Shown here: positions 52,645-61,835 of the stretch, piece after piece
Numbering within the stretch: the stretch's first letter is position 1
Layout of the letters: the number at the start of each line of letters is the position of its first letter
Source of the DNA: Steroidobacteraceae bacterium
GTDB lineage: Bacteria; Pseudomonadota; Gammaproteobacteria; Steroidobacterales; Steroidobacteraceae
NCBI GenBank assembly: GCA_041395625.1
Contig: JAWLAE010000006.1
Span: forward strand, 31,706 to 95,705
Length of the DNA stretch: 64,000 nucleotides
Reading direction: 5' to 3'
Position numbers and translations under genes: made by a program
Notes under the pieces: model-generated
What the model was told of the DNA's origin: nothing
The model's database searches: none
The model's input: only the letters and a program-made list of their open reading frames with translations

Positions 52645-54453
52645 ATGGCCTCGCGCTACCGACCATTGGCTCTCTACGCGCTGCTGCTCGCGGGCGGCGC
52701 GGGCGTGTGGCTGCTGCTGGGACTGCGCGCGAGCGGCGACTTTCCGGCAGCGTGGGTCGTGCTGGCCTGCGTTGCAGCGAACCTCTTCATCTGGCAGTTC
52801 GGGCTGCCCGCCCCGCGGGTCGGGCTGATTTCACTCGAGCGCCTGCTGCACGTCGGTTTGCTGCTGGTGTATACGGCGCCGGTCGCTGCCGCGATCTGCG
52901 CGCTCGCGTCACTGCTCTGGCCGCTCGTCAACCGAGCTTACAGCCACGGCTCGTGGCGGGCTGCGGTGCTGCGTGGCTTGCACAATGCCGGCATGACCGC
53001 GGTGATGCTGCTCGCAGCTGGCGCGGTGTATCATGCATTGGGCGGACGGCATCCTATCGAGGCGCTGGCGCTCACCGATGTCGTGCCGCTGTTGGCCATG
53101 GCGGTGGTCATGCAGGTGATCAACGTCGTGCTCATCACGCTCTATTTCTACCTCGATGGTCGCGCTATCCGCCGCATCGTCACACCGTTCTACGCGCTGT
53201 CCGATCTGATCTTCGTGCCCGCAGGCGTACTTGCCGCCGTGTTGTTCAACTCCGGTGGTGTCGCGACCTTCGGGTTGTTCCTGGCCTTGATGATCGTGTT
53301 CGTCCTCAGCTTCAATGGCATCGGCCGATCGTTGTCGGTGGCTGCGACTCAACGCGGCTCGCTCGCGCGGCTCGTGCAAACGCGACGTGCACTGCAGGGC
53401 GCGCGTCGCATCGATGATCTCGGCGCGCGTATTCTCGCCGAGGCGCGTTCGCTCTTGCGCTTCGATGAGTTCCAGTTGGCACTGGTCGAGCCGCAGCAGC
53501 AAGTGCTCGATATTCGCGTGCACGAGCGTCAGTTGGCGGGCTTGCCGCGCCGCCAGCAGCCGCTCACGGCGGGCCTGCTTGGTTGGGTAGTTGAACAGGG
53601 AAGGCCGGTCTTGATCGAGCGCTGGGCGGATGCACCGGCTGGCCTGCGCTCGAGATTGGAGTCGCCCGACGCCGCGGTCGGCTCGTTGATCATGGTGCCG
53701 CTGCTGTACGACGGCAACGTGATTGGCGTGCTAGGGGTGCAGCATTCGCGCCCCGGCAGGTATGCCGAGGCGGATCTGCATTTGTTCGAACAGCTGGCCG
53801 AACAGGCCAGCGTGGCGTTGGCCGATGCCCGCGCCTTCGAGGACCAGGATGACTACCGTCGGCGCCTCGAGGAGAAGGTCGCCGAACGAACGGCGGAGCT
53901 GCAGCGCGCCAATCGCGAGAAAGAGCAGCTGATCGCGGCGCTCGGCGAGCGCAGCTTGAAGCTCGAGCGCCAGGCGGAGGAAGACCCGCTCACCGGCATC
54001 GCCAATCGAAGACGGTTCGAGCGACGCCTGCTGGCGGAAATCGACGTCGCCCGCACGGCCGGTCTACCACTGACGCTCGCGATCGCCGACCTGGATCGAT
54101 TCAAGATCGTCAACGACCGACTAGGCCACACCGTCGGCGACGAAGTGCTGCGGCAAAGTGCTGCGCTCATGATGAACACCTGCCGGACGACAGATCTGGT
54201 CGCCCGCATCGGTGGCGAGGAATTTGCCATTATTCTGCCGGCTACCAGTCGGGCGGATGCCGTCGATTTCTGTGATGCACTTCGTCGGACGGTCGAGCAC
54301 CACCGCTGGTCGGCATTGCATCCGCATCTGCGCGTGACGCTCAGCGTCGGTCTGGCGGAGTGGCACGAGGCACTCGATGCCGTCGCGCTGCAGCAGCTGG
54401 CCGACCAGCAACTCTATGAGGCCAAACGGGCGGGCAGGAATCGCGTCGCCTGA
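52645..54453 (+). CDS. membrane-bound GAF-GGDEF diguanylate cyclase
   Basis: An N-terminal polytopic membrane region, a central GAF-like segment (GSLIMVPLLYDGNVIGVLGVQH), a coiled coil, and a GGDEF domain with the active site RIGGEEFAII and an upstream RTTD I-site-like motif. Confidence 0.85.
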   Translation: MASRYRPLALYALLLAGGAGVWLLLGLRASGDFPAAWVVLACVAANLFIWQFGLPAPRVGLISLERLLHVGLLLVYTAPVAAAICALASLLWPLVNRAYSHGSWRAAVLRGLHNAGMTAVMLLAAGAVYHALGGRHPIEALALTDVVPLLAMAVVMQVINVVLITLYFYLDGRAIRRIVTPFYALSDLIFVPAGVLAAVLFNSGGVATFGLFLALMIVFVLSFNGIGRSLSVAATQRGSLARLVQTRRALQGARRIDDLGARILAEARSLLRFDEFQLALVEPQQQVLDIRVHERQLAGLPRRQQPLTAGLLGWVVEQGRPVLIERWADAPAGLRSRLESPDAAVGSLIMVPLLYDGNVIGVLGVQHSRPGRYAEADLHLFEQLAEQASVALADARAFEDQDDYRRRLEEKVAERTAELQRANREKEQLIAALGERSLKLERQAEEDPLTGIANRRRFERRLLAEIDVARTAGLPLTLAIADLDRFKIVNDRLGHTVGDEVLRQSAALMMNTCRTTDLVARIGGEEFAIILPATSRADAVDFCDALRRTVEHHRWSALHPHLRVTLSVGLAEWHEALDAVALQQLADQQLYEAKRAGRNRVA

Positions 54454-54458
54454 GCGCG

Positions 54459-55313
54459 TCAGTTGGCGAGGAACAGCAACGGTTCGACCATCGCTCGATT
54501 GAGCGACACGCCGAAATGCAGGTGCGGGCCGGTCGCGCGCCCGGTGGCGCCGACCGCGCCGATCGCCTGACCGGTCGAGATTTCATCGCCCGGCTGCACG
54601 CCGATTTTCGAGAGGTGGCAGTACATCGTCACGATGCCCTGGCCATGATCGATGAAGATCGTCTTGCCGTTGAAGAAATAATCGCCGGTCGCGACGACAA
54701 CGCCGGCAGCCGGCGCCTTGACGGGCGTGCCGGTCGGTGCCGCGATGTCGAGCCCCGAGTGCGGATTACGGGCCTGATCGTTGAAGTAGCGCCGAAAGCC
54801 GAACGGGCTCGACAGCCGGCCGCGCAGCGGCCACTCGAACACCAGCGTCACCGGCACGCGGGGTGAGAAAGTGGCAAGCGCATCGGCTTGTAGCTGGCGC
54901 TCGCGCTCGAAGCGAGCCAGATCCTCGGGCGAGAGATCGACCTGGCTGGGTGCCACCTTGAGGCGCTGCGCAGGGTAGTCCTTGCCGGTGACGGCAAAGT
55001 GCAGCGTTCCGGTCGTGGCCTGCTGGCCTGTGCCCGGGCGTTCGACTAACAGCTCGTGTTGGCCCGGCTTGGCGCTGAGTGGAATGCCGATCACCGCTTG
55101 CCATTGATCGCCAACGCGGGTGACGAACGCCGGGTTGCCGTCGTAACGCACTTGCGGCGCGGCCGCGGCTGGACCGAGTGGCACGATGACGACACCACCG
55201 GGGACGGCGAGCTGGCGGGGCAGGGTATCGCTGGCAAGCCCGCGGACTGGCGTCGCCAGGCAGAGCAGCGCGATCGAGAGGCAGAGTGCCAGACTAAGTT
55301 TCATGCGCTGCAT
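54459..55313 (-). CDS. M23-family metallopeptidase
   Basis: A signal peptide, then HSGLDIAAPTGTPV and ATGPHLHFGV (LytM/M23 motifs). The start is uncertain (55304 or 55313) and overlaps the xseA 3' end. Confidence 0.85.
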   Translation of the reverse strand: MQRMKLSLALCLSIALLCLATPVRGLASDTLPRQLAVPGGVVIVPLGPAAAAPQVRYDGNPAFVTRVGDQWQAVIGIPLSAKPGQHELLVERPGTGQQATTGTLHFAVTGKDYPAQRLKVAPSQVDLSPEDLARFERERQLQADALATFSPRVPVTLVFEWPLRGRLSSPFGFRRYFNDQARNPHSGLDIAAPTGTPVKAPAAGVVVATGDYFFNGKTIFIDHGQGIVTMYCHLSKIGVQPGDEISTGQAIGAVGATGRATGPHLHFGVSLNRAMVEPLLFLAN

Positions 55314-56700
55314 TTTTGTGGGTAGCGGTAACGGTGGCTGTAATGCGGCCGTGCGCAAGGCGTGCGTCGATCGCCTCGCCCACTGCCACGGAGTCTGCGC
55401 TCGCGACGAGGCGTCCGTCGGTGGCCCGTGTCACGATGGCGAAGCCGCGCTGCAGCGTGGCCAGGGGGCTTACAGTATCGAGCGCGCGACCTGCGAGTGT
55501 CAGACGTTGTGCTAGGTTCGTGACTCGAATGCGCATCGCATGCACCAAGCCCAGTTCGAGCGCCGCGCGCCGTGCTTCGAGCGCGCTCAGCCGATGCGTG
55601 GGATTGTTGGCGGCGAACCGCGCCGCGATCCGTGAGTAGCGGTCCCGCGCCTGCAGCCATGCGCTGCGTTGCGCTGCCACCAGTCGTTGCTCGAGATCGT
55701 CGAGGCGTTGCACATGCTGTGCGAGACGTGCGCCCGGGTGCGAGACGGACAGGCGCCGACGCAGATTCAGCAGTCGCTCCGTGTCGGTGCGCAAGGCGCG
55801 GCGCATGCAGCGCGCGAGTTGCAGTTCAGTCTGCTCGAGCGAGGCCAGCCAGCTACGTCCGTCCGGCACTACCAACTGTGCCGCAGCCGACGGCGTCGGC
55901 GCGCGCACGTCTGCCACGAAATCGGCAATGGTCACATCCACTTCGTGACCGACGCCACTAACGACCGGAATCGGACAGGCGGCAATGGCGCGCGCGACCC
56001 GCTCGTCATTGAAGCACCAGAGATCTTCCAGCGAGCCGCCGCCGCGCGCGACGATCAGCACGTCGCATTCGGCCCGTCGTCCGGCCGTCTCGATCGCGGC
56101 GACAATCTCGGTCGCTGCCGCCGCGCCTTGCACGGCGGTTGGGTAGATCAGCACCGGAATCGCGGCAAAGCGCCGCGCCAGCACATGCAGGATGTCGCGT
56201 ATCGCGGCGCCCGACGGCGACGTCACCACGCCTATACGGCGCGGCACCTCGGGCAGCGGCCGCTTGCGTTCCGCGGCGAACAGGCCTTCGGCGGCCAGCT
56301 TGTTCTTGAGTTGCTCGAACTGGCGCTTGAGCGCGCCGAGGCCGGCTTCCTCCAGATGCTCGACGATCAGTTGGAAGTCGCCGCGCGGCTCGTACAGGCC
56401 GACACGGGCCCGTGCCAGCACCTGCTGCCCGTCGCGCGGCCGGAATGCGACACCAGCATTGCGCGTCTTCCACATCGCACAGCGCACCTGCGCCGAGCCA
56501 TCTTTCAAGGAGAAATACCAGTGGCCGGACGCGGGTACCGAGAGATTGGACAGTTCGGCCTCGATCCAGATCACTGGCATGCCCGATTCGAGCAGCAGCC
56601 GTACTTCGCGATTGAGCCGTGAGACCGAATAGACATCGCGCTCGGACGGCGGCCCGGCGAGGCCGCGGCGCGAGGGCGGCGTGCGCACGGAAAAACTCAT
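55294..56700 (-). CDS. xseA: exodeoxyribonuclease VII large subunit
   Basis: [15 protein letters not shown], an OB-fold N-terminus ([10 protein letters not shown]...[10 protein letters not shown]), [14 protein letters not shown] and [18 protein letters not shown]. It is divergent from guaB as in many proteobacteria. Confidence 0.95.
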   Translation of the reverse strand: MSFSVRTPPSRRGLAGPPSERDVYSVSRLNREVRLLLESGMPVIWIEAELSNLSVPASGHWYFSLKDGSAQVRCAMWKTRNAGVAFRPRDGQQVLARARVGLYEPRGDFQLIVEHLEEAGLGALKRQFEQLKNKLAAEGLFAAERKRPLPEVPRRIGVVTSPSGAAIRDILHVLARRFAAIPVLIYPTAVQGAAAATEIVAAIETAGRRAECDVLIVARGGGSLEDLWCFNDERVARAIAACPIPVVSGVGHEVDVTIADFVADVRAPTPSAAAQLVVPDGRSWLASLEQTELQLARCMRRALRTDTERLLNLRRRLSVSHPGARLAQHVQRLDDLEQRLVAAQRSAWLQARDRYSRIAARFAANNPTHRLSALEARRAALELGLVHAMRIRVTNLAQRLTLAGRALDTVSPLATLQRGFAIVTRATDGRLVASADSVAVGEAIDARLAHGRITATVTATHKNAAHET

Positions 56701-56821
56701 TTTACTAGTGTATAGCGAATGCATGGCCTATGCATGGCGTGCGGACAGCCGGCAGTGTCGAGGTTTACCGCTGCGGGCAAGGGCCGTACAATCTCGCACC
56801 GCCAGCCACCCCGACTGCCGC

Positions 56822-58285
56822 ATGCGTATTCTCGAAGAAGCATTGACCTTCGACGATGTCCTATTAGTCCCAGCTTACTCGGAGGTGCTGCCACGCGAGG
56901 TCGACCTCGCGACGCGCCTCACGCGCGGCATCACCCTCAACCTGCCGGTCGTGTCGGCCGCCATGGATACGGTGACCGAGGCACGCCTCGCCATCACCAT
57001 CGCGCAGGAAGGCGGCATTGGCATCGTGCACAAGAGCCTGACGATCGAAGGTCAGGCCCGCGAAGTGGCGCGCGTCAAGAAGTTCGAGAGCGGGGTGATC
57101 AAGGACCCGATCACCGTGCCGCCCGAGACGACGATCCGCCAAGTGCTCGATCTCACCAAGGCGCGTGGTATCTCCGGTGTGCCGGTCGTGCAGGGCAGGC
57201 AGGTGGTCGGCATCGTCACGCATCGCGATCTGCGTTTCGAGGAACAACTCGACGCCCCGGTGTCGACGGTGATGACACCGAAAGAGCGCTTGATCACCGT
57301 GCTCGAGAATGCCCCCAAAGAAGAAGTCCTGCTGCTGCTGCACAAACACCGCATCGAGAAGGTGTTAGTGATCAGAGGCGACATGGAGTTGATGGGCATG
57401 ATCACCGTCAAGGATTTCCAGAAAGCGAAGGAATTTCCGCGTGCCTGCAAAGACCCCTCTGGCCGGCTGCGCGTCGGTGCGGCCGTCGGCACGACGCCTG
57501 ATACCCTCGACCGGGTTGCCGCGCTGCGCGACGCGGGAGTCGATGTCGTGGTGGTCGATACCGCCCATGGTCATTCCCGCGGCGTGCTCGAAACGGTGGC
57601 GCGCATCAAGGCCAGGTACTCGGATCTGCAGGTGATCGGCGGCAATATCGCGACCGCCGAGGCGGCGCGCGATCTCGTCAAGGCCGGCGCCGATGCCGTC
57701 AAGGTGGGTATTGGTCCGGGTTCGATCTGCACCACCCGCATCGTCGCCGGTGTCGGCGTGCCGCAGATCTCCGCCGTTGCCAATGTGGCGGAAGCTATCC
57801 GCGATGAGATTCCGGTGATCGCCGACGGCGGTATACGTTTCTCGGGCGATCTGGCCAAAGCCATCGTCGCCGGTGCCAACGCCGTCATGATCGGCAGCAT
57901 GTTCGCCGGCACCGAGGAGTCGCCGGGCAAGGTCGAGCTGTATCAGGGTGCGTCGTACAAGGCCTATCGCGGAATGGGCTCGTTGGGCGCCATGGGCGAG
58001 CGGCATGGTTCGGCCGATCGTTACTTCCAGGACGCTGCCACCGAACTCGAGAAACTGGTGCCGGAAGGCGTCGAAGGGCGCGTGCCCTATAAAGGCAGTC
58101 TGGTGTCCATCCTGCATCAGCTGGCCGGCGGCTTGCGCGCCGCGATGGGCTACACCGGCAGCAACAGCATCGAGCAGATGCGCAAGCGGCCGCAGTTCGT
58201 TCGCGTGACGAGCGCTGGCATGCGCGAAAGCCACGTCCACGATGTGGCGATCACCAAGGAAGCGCCTAACTACCGCGTCTCATGA
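56822..58285 (+). CDS. guaB: IMP dehydrogenase
   Basis: [20 protein letters not shown], a CBS pair, [11 protein letters not shown] (catalytic Cys loop) and GGIRFSGD. Confidence 0.97.
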   Translation: MRILEEALTFDDVLLVPAYSEVLPREVDLATRLTRGITLNLPVVSAAMDTVTEARLAITIAQEGGIGIVHKSLTIEGQAREVARVKKFESGVIKDPITVPPETTIRQVLDLTKARGISGVPVVQGRQVVGIVTHRDLRFEEQLDAPVSTVMTPKERLITVLENAPKEEVLLLLHKHRIEKVLVIRGDMELMGMITVKDFQKAKEFPRACKDPSGRLRVGAAVGTTPDTLDRVAALRDAGVDVVVVDTAHGHSRGVLETVARIKARYSDLQVIGGNIATAEAARDLVKAGADAVKVGIGPGSICTTRIVAGVGVPQISAVANVAEAIRDEIPVIADGGIRFSGDLAKAIVAGANAVMIGSMFAGTEESPGKVELYQGASYKAYRGMGSLGAMGERHGSADRYFQDAATELEKLVPEGVEGRVPYKGSLVSILHQLAGGLRAAMGYTGSNSIEQMRKRPQFVRVTSAGMRESHVHDVAITKEAPNYRVS

Positions 58286-59871
58286 GTGGTGTGCCGCAAG
58301 CAGACATACACGCCGACCGGATCCTGATACTCGATTTCGGCGCGCAGTACACGCAGTTGATCGCCCGGCGCGTGCGTGAGAGCGGCGTCTACTGCGAGAT
58401 CCACCCCTGGGACATCAGTGACGCAGACGTGCGGGCATTCAAGCCACGCGGCATCGTCCTGTCCGGCGGACCCGAGTCCGTCAACGCCGCCGCGCCGCCG
58501 CGGGCGCCCGAATTGGTGTTTGCGCTGGGCGTGCCCGTGCTCGGCATCTGCTATGGCATGCAAACCATGGCGCAGCAATTGGGTGGTCAGGTGGAGGCGG
58601 CCGAGCACCGCGAGTTCGGCTACGCCGAGGTATCGCTGCAGGGTGCCTGCCGGTTGTTCGACGGCCTGGCCGATCGTCGCGACGCGGCAGGCCGTGCCGT
58701 GCTCGACGTGTGGATGAGTCATGGCGACCGCGTCGCGCAGTTGCCGCAAGGTTTCATTGCCGTCGGTGCCAGCAGCAATGCGCCCCTCGCAGCGATCGCC
58801 GACGAAGCGCGTCGTTTCTACGCCGTGCAGTTCCATCCCGAAGTGACGCACACGCTGCAGGGCGCGCGCCTGCTCGAGCGCTTCGTGCGCGAGATCTGCG
58901 GTTGTGCGGCCCTCTGGAGTGTCGGCAACATCATCGACGACGCGATCGCGCGGGTGCGGGCTCAAGTTGGCACCGGGCGCGTGTTGTTAGGTTTGTCGGG
59001 CGGCGTCGATTCGTCGGTGGTCGCGGCGCTCCTGCATCGGGCCATCGGTGATCAGTTGGTCTGCGTGTTCGTCGATCACGGGCTGTTGCGCCTGGGCGAG
59101 GGCGATCAGGTGATGCGGACCTTCGCCGACAACCTCGGCGTGCGAGTGATTCGGGTCGATGCCGAACAGCGCTGCCTGGCTGCGCTCGGCGGCGTGGCCG
59201 ACCCCGAGCAGAAGCGCAAGATCATCGGCAAACTTTTCATCGAGGTGTTCGACGAGGAGTCCGGCAAGCTGCAGGGGATCGACTACCTCGCGCAGGGCAC
59301 CATCTACCCCGATGTCATCGAGTCTGCCGGCAGCAAGACCGGCAAAGCGCATGTCATCAAGTCGCATCACAACGTCGGTGGGCTGCCGGCCAACATGCGC
59401 ATGCAGTTGGTCGAGCCGCTACGCGAGTTGTTCAAGGACGAGGTGCGCAAGCTCGGCGTCGAGCTCGGACTACCGCGCGAGATGGTTTATCGGCATCCGT
59501 TTCCGGGCCCCGGACTCGGGGTGCGGATCCTGGGTGAAGTACGCAAAGAGTTCGCCGATCTGCTGCGCCGTGCCGACGCGATATTCATCGAGGAGCTGCG
59601 CCGCCACGAGCTCTACGACAAGACCAGCCAGGCTTTCGCCGTGTTCCTGCCCGTGCGCTCGGTCGGCGTGATGGGCGATGGTCGACGATACGATTACGTG
59701 GTCGCGTTGCGCGCGGTGGAGACCATCGACTTCATGACAGCCCACTGGGCGCGCTTGCCGTACGATTTCCTCGATCTCGTCTCACGCCGGATCGTCAACG
59801 AGATCGATGGCGTGTCGCGCGTGGTATATGACGTGTCGGGCAAGCCGCCAGCGACGATTGAGTGGGAGTGA
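58282..59871 (+). CDS. guaA: GMP synthase (glutamine-hydrolysing)
   Basis: The GATase domain has [20 protein letters not shown] and GICYGMQ. The ATP-PPase has [11 protein letters not shown]. The C-terminal dimerisation domain ends KPPATIEWE. Confidence 0.97.
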   Translation: MSGVPQADIHADRILILDFGAQYTQLIARRVRESGVYCEIHPWDISDADVRAFKPRGIVLSGGPESVNAAAPPRAPELVFALGVPVLGICYGMQTMAQQLGGQVEAAEHREFGYAEVSLQGACRLFDGLADRRDAAGRAVLDVWMSHGDRVAQLPQGFIAVGASSNAPLAAIADEARRFYAVQFHPEVTHTLQGARLLERFVREICGCAALWSVGNIIDDAIARVRAQVGTGRVLLGLSGGVDSSVVAALLHRAIGDQLVCVFVDHGLLRLGEGDQVMRTFADNLGVRVIRVDAEQRCLAALGGVADPEQKRKIIGKLFIEVFDEESGKLQGIDYLAQGTIYPDVIESAGSKTGKAHVIKSHHNVGGLPANMRMQLVEPLRELFKDEVRKLGVELGLPREMVYRHPFPGPGLGVRILGEVRKEFADLLRRADAIFIEELRRHELYDKTSQAFAVFLPVRSVGVMGDGRRYDYVVALRAVETIDFMTAHWARLPYDFLDLVSRRIVNEIDGVSRVVYDVSGKPPATIEWE

Positions 59872-59880
59872 TTAGGGGTG

Positions 59881-59908
59881 TTTCGCGGTCTATCGGCACC
59901 CCGCGAAA
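59881..59908 (+). terminator. hairpin downstream of guaA (tttcgcgg-N12-ccgcgaaa), possible terminator and/or part of the att region
   Basis: An 8-bp perfect inverted repeat 10 nt after the guaA stop with no clear U-tract, so the terminator assignment is weak. Confidence 0.3.
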
Positions 59909-59986
59909 TCAGAGCCTAACTCACTGAATAAAAACAAATAAGCTCTCCGAACCTTTCGCCATCTATCGGCCTCAAGCGGGACACTC

Positions 59987-60158
59987 TGACGGTAAAACTG
60001 ACGGTATGGGTTTCCTGCACCCCAAGAGACCCCGATTGTTACCGTCATAAAGTCGACGGTAATGCAGACAAGAAAACTGTGGAATTGCAGGGGAAAAATA
60101 GCAGAAACCCCTGATTTCCGCGGTGAGGATTGAGGGAATTGGGCTTCTGACGGTAAAA
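59987..60158. repeat. five copies of a GACGGTA(A) motif (four direct, one inverted) upstream of int; candidate integrase arm-type sites
   Basis: tgacggtaaaac (59987), tgacggtatggg (59999), ttaccgtcat (60039, inverted), cgacggtaatg (60054) and tgacggtaaaatt (60148), all read directly from the sequence. Confidence 0.5.
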
Positions 60159-60187
60159 TTGGGGCCGCGCCAGAACGGGGGCCCGCC

Positions 60188-61444
60188 ATGCTTACCGACA
60201 TCGCCCTGAAGAAGCTCAAGCCCCGGGAAAAGCCGTACAAAGTGACGGACCGGGATGGGATGTACGTGACGGTCTCGCCGGCCGGGACGATCACGTTCCG
60301 GTTCGACTACCGGATCAGCAACAGGCGCGAGACCCTCACCCTGGGGCGCTACGGCCCGGCGGGGCTATCCCTGTCCGCCGCCCGCGAGAAGTGCATCGCT
60401 GCCCGGAACACGCTCGCCCAGGGGCACTCACCGGCCCGGGTGAAGCAGCGGGAGAAGCGCCAGCTGGCAGCCGCCGAGACCCTGGGCCAGTTCGCCACGA
60501 AGTGGCTGGACGAGGGCCCGATGGCGGAGAGCACCCGCACCATGCGCAAGGGCATCTACCGGCGAGAGGTCGAACCCGAACTCTCGAACCGCCTTCTGCC
60601 GGAGGTGTCGTCGGACGACGTGCGCATCCTGTGCCTCAAGATCAAGAACCGGGGGTCGCCCGCGACGGCCATCCACGTCCGGGACATCGTGAAGGGCATC
60701 TACAACTTCGCGAACCTGCACGGGCACAAGGTCCCGAACCCGGCCAACGAGGTGGCGCCGACATCCATTGCCACGTTCAAGCCGCGCGAACGGGCGCTCA
60801 GCCCCGAGGAGATCCGGATCGCGTTCACGCTGATCGACAAGGTGTCGTTCGCCCATATCCACCGCCTGGCGCTGCGGATGATCCTGCTGACGCTCGTGCG
60901 CAAAAGCGAACTGGCGAAGGCGATGTGGAGCGAGATCGACTTCGACAAGGGCGTCTGGACGATCCCGAAGGAGCGCATGAAGGCACGCCGGCCGCACAGC
61001 GTCTATCTGTCGCGCCAGGCGCTGGAGATCTTCACCGCGCTGAAGCTGATGGCCGGAAGCTCGCCCTACGTATTCCCTTCCCGCTATGACGCCGATGTTC
61101 ACATCGCGGCGAGCACGCTCAACCGGGTCACGTCGCAGATCGCCGAGAAGGCCAAGGCGGAGAATCTGCCGCTGGAGATGTTCACGGTTCACGACCTGCG
61201 CCGCACCGGGTCGACGATCCTCAACGAGATGGGCTTCAACCGCGACTGGATCGAGAAGGCGCTTGCGCACGAGCGCAATGAGTCTTCGCGGGGCACGTAC
61301 AACCGCGCCCAGTACGCCGAGCAGCGGCGGCACATGCTTCAGGAATGGGCGGACATGATCGACGCGTGGGTGGCGGGCAAGACGCACACGCCAGTACTGC
61401 TGCCGTCGTCGATGAAGGTGATCGCAGCGCAGGCGCTAACCTGA
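60188..61444 (+). CDS. int: tyrosine-type site-specific integrase (P4-like, N-terminal arm-binding DUF4102-type domain)
   Basis: MLTDIALKKLKPREKPYKVTDRDGMYVTVSPAGTITFRFDYR matches the P4-integrase N-terminal domain. The catalytic domain carries LTLVRKSEL (Arg), HDLRRTGST (HxxR) and HERNESSRGTYNRAQY (His...Tyr). Confidence 0.9.
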   Translation: MLTDIALKKLKPREKPYKVTDRDGMYVTVSPAGTITFRFDYRISNRRETLTLGRYGPAGLSLSAAREKCIAARNTLAQGHSPARVKQREKRQLAAAETLGQFATKWLDEGPMAESTRTMRKGIYRREVEPELSNRLLPEVSSDDVRILCLKIKNRGSPATAIHVRDIVKGIYNFANLHGHKVPNPANEVAPTSIATFKPRERALSPEEIRIAFTLIDKVSFAHIHRLALRMILLTLVRKSELAKAMWSEIDFDKGVWTIPKERMKARRPHSVYLSRQALEIFTALKLMAGSSPYVFPSRYDADVHIAASTLNRVTSQIAEKAKAENLPLEMFTVHDLRRTGSTILNEMGFNRDWIEKALAHERNESSRGTYNRAQYAEQRRHMLQEWADMIDAWVAGKTHTPVLLPSSMKVIAAQALT

Positions 61445-61449
61445 CTACC

Positions 61450-61833
61450 TCATACGAAATGATTGAAGCTCGGTCGTCGCCCCGAATCCTCGCACCACAC
61501 GACGTGGCCCTTCTTAATCCAGAAGTGCGCGTAAGTTCCTGCGGTTTGGCGAACCGACGGATGCACGGTTGGGCGTCCTAGAATATCGCGTGAGATGGCC
61601 CAGCGCGGACGGTGATTCGCCTGAAGCGACAACTGGATGAGTTCGCGGGCGTCGCTCGGACACAGGAAATACGCCCACTTCTGGAAACCCGGCCCGCCGA
61701 CAACATAAATGATTCCCGGAGCCATATCGGCTTGCAGTGGATGGTCCGCGACGACGCGCATGTAGAAGTCTGGCTTCTCAGCAACGCCAAGCCAAACAAA
61801 AAGCGCCCGAACAGCTGAACGAATCTCATCCAT
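61450..61833 (-). CDS. DUF6527-like small protein, last gene of the Ubl/E2/E1 operon
   Basis: 127 aa from the ATG at 61833, 2 nt after the E1 stop. The core ...KWAYFLCPSDARELIQLSL...RPRWAIS...GRPTVHPSVRQ...YAHFWIKKGHVVW resembles the DUF6527 pattern as I recall it (CxCGCG...W.l...PSI...C.SH.WI..G.v.W), but most of the Cys positions are substituted. Confidence 0.55.
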   Translation of the reverse strand: MDEIRSAVRALFVWLGVAEKPDFYMRVVADHPLQADMAPGIIYVVGGPGFQKWAYFLCPSDARELIQLSLQANHRPRWAISRDILGRPTVHPSVRQTAGTYAHFWIKKGHVVWCEDSGRRPSFNHFV

Positions 61834-61835
61834 CC

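Noticed and set aside
52053-53417. 454-aa alternate-frame ORF spanning the der 3' end and the GGDEF gene 5' end
   Set aside because: It crosses a gene boundary in a different frame and has an Arg/Ala/Pro-rich composition. Both real genes have strong motif support.
55669-56622. 317-aa ORF antisense to xseA
   Set aside because: It is fully contained within xseA on the opposite strand and has no family resemblance.
59890-60294. 134-aa minus-strand ORF covering the guaA-int intergenic region
   Set aside because: It overlaps the integrase start and the repeat-rich att-like region, and has no SD sequence or motif support. The region is better explained as non-coding attL and arm sites.
60428-61387. 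319-aa ORF antisense to the integrase, plus the 232-aa alternate-frame ORF at 60391-61089
   Set aside because: The integrase frame carries the complete P4-type N-terminal domain and the R...HxxR...Y catalytic residues. The overlapping ORFs are Arg/Pro/Gly-rich with no motifs.
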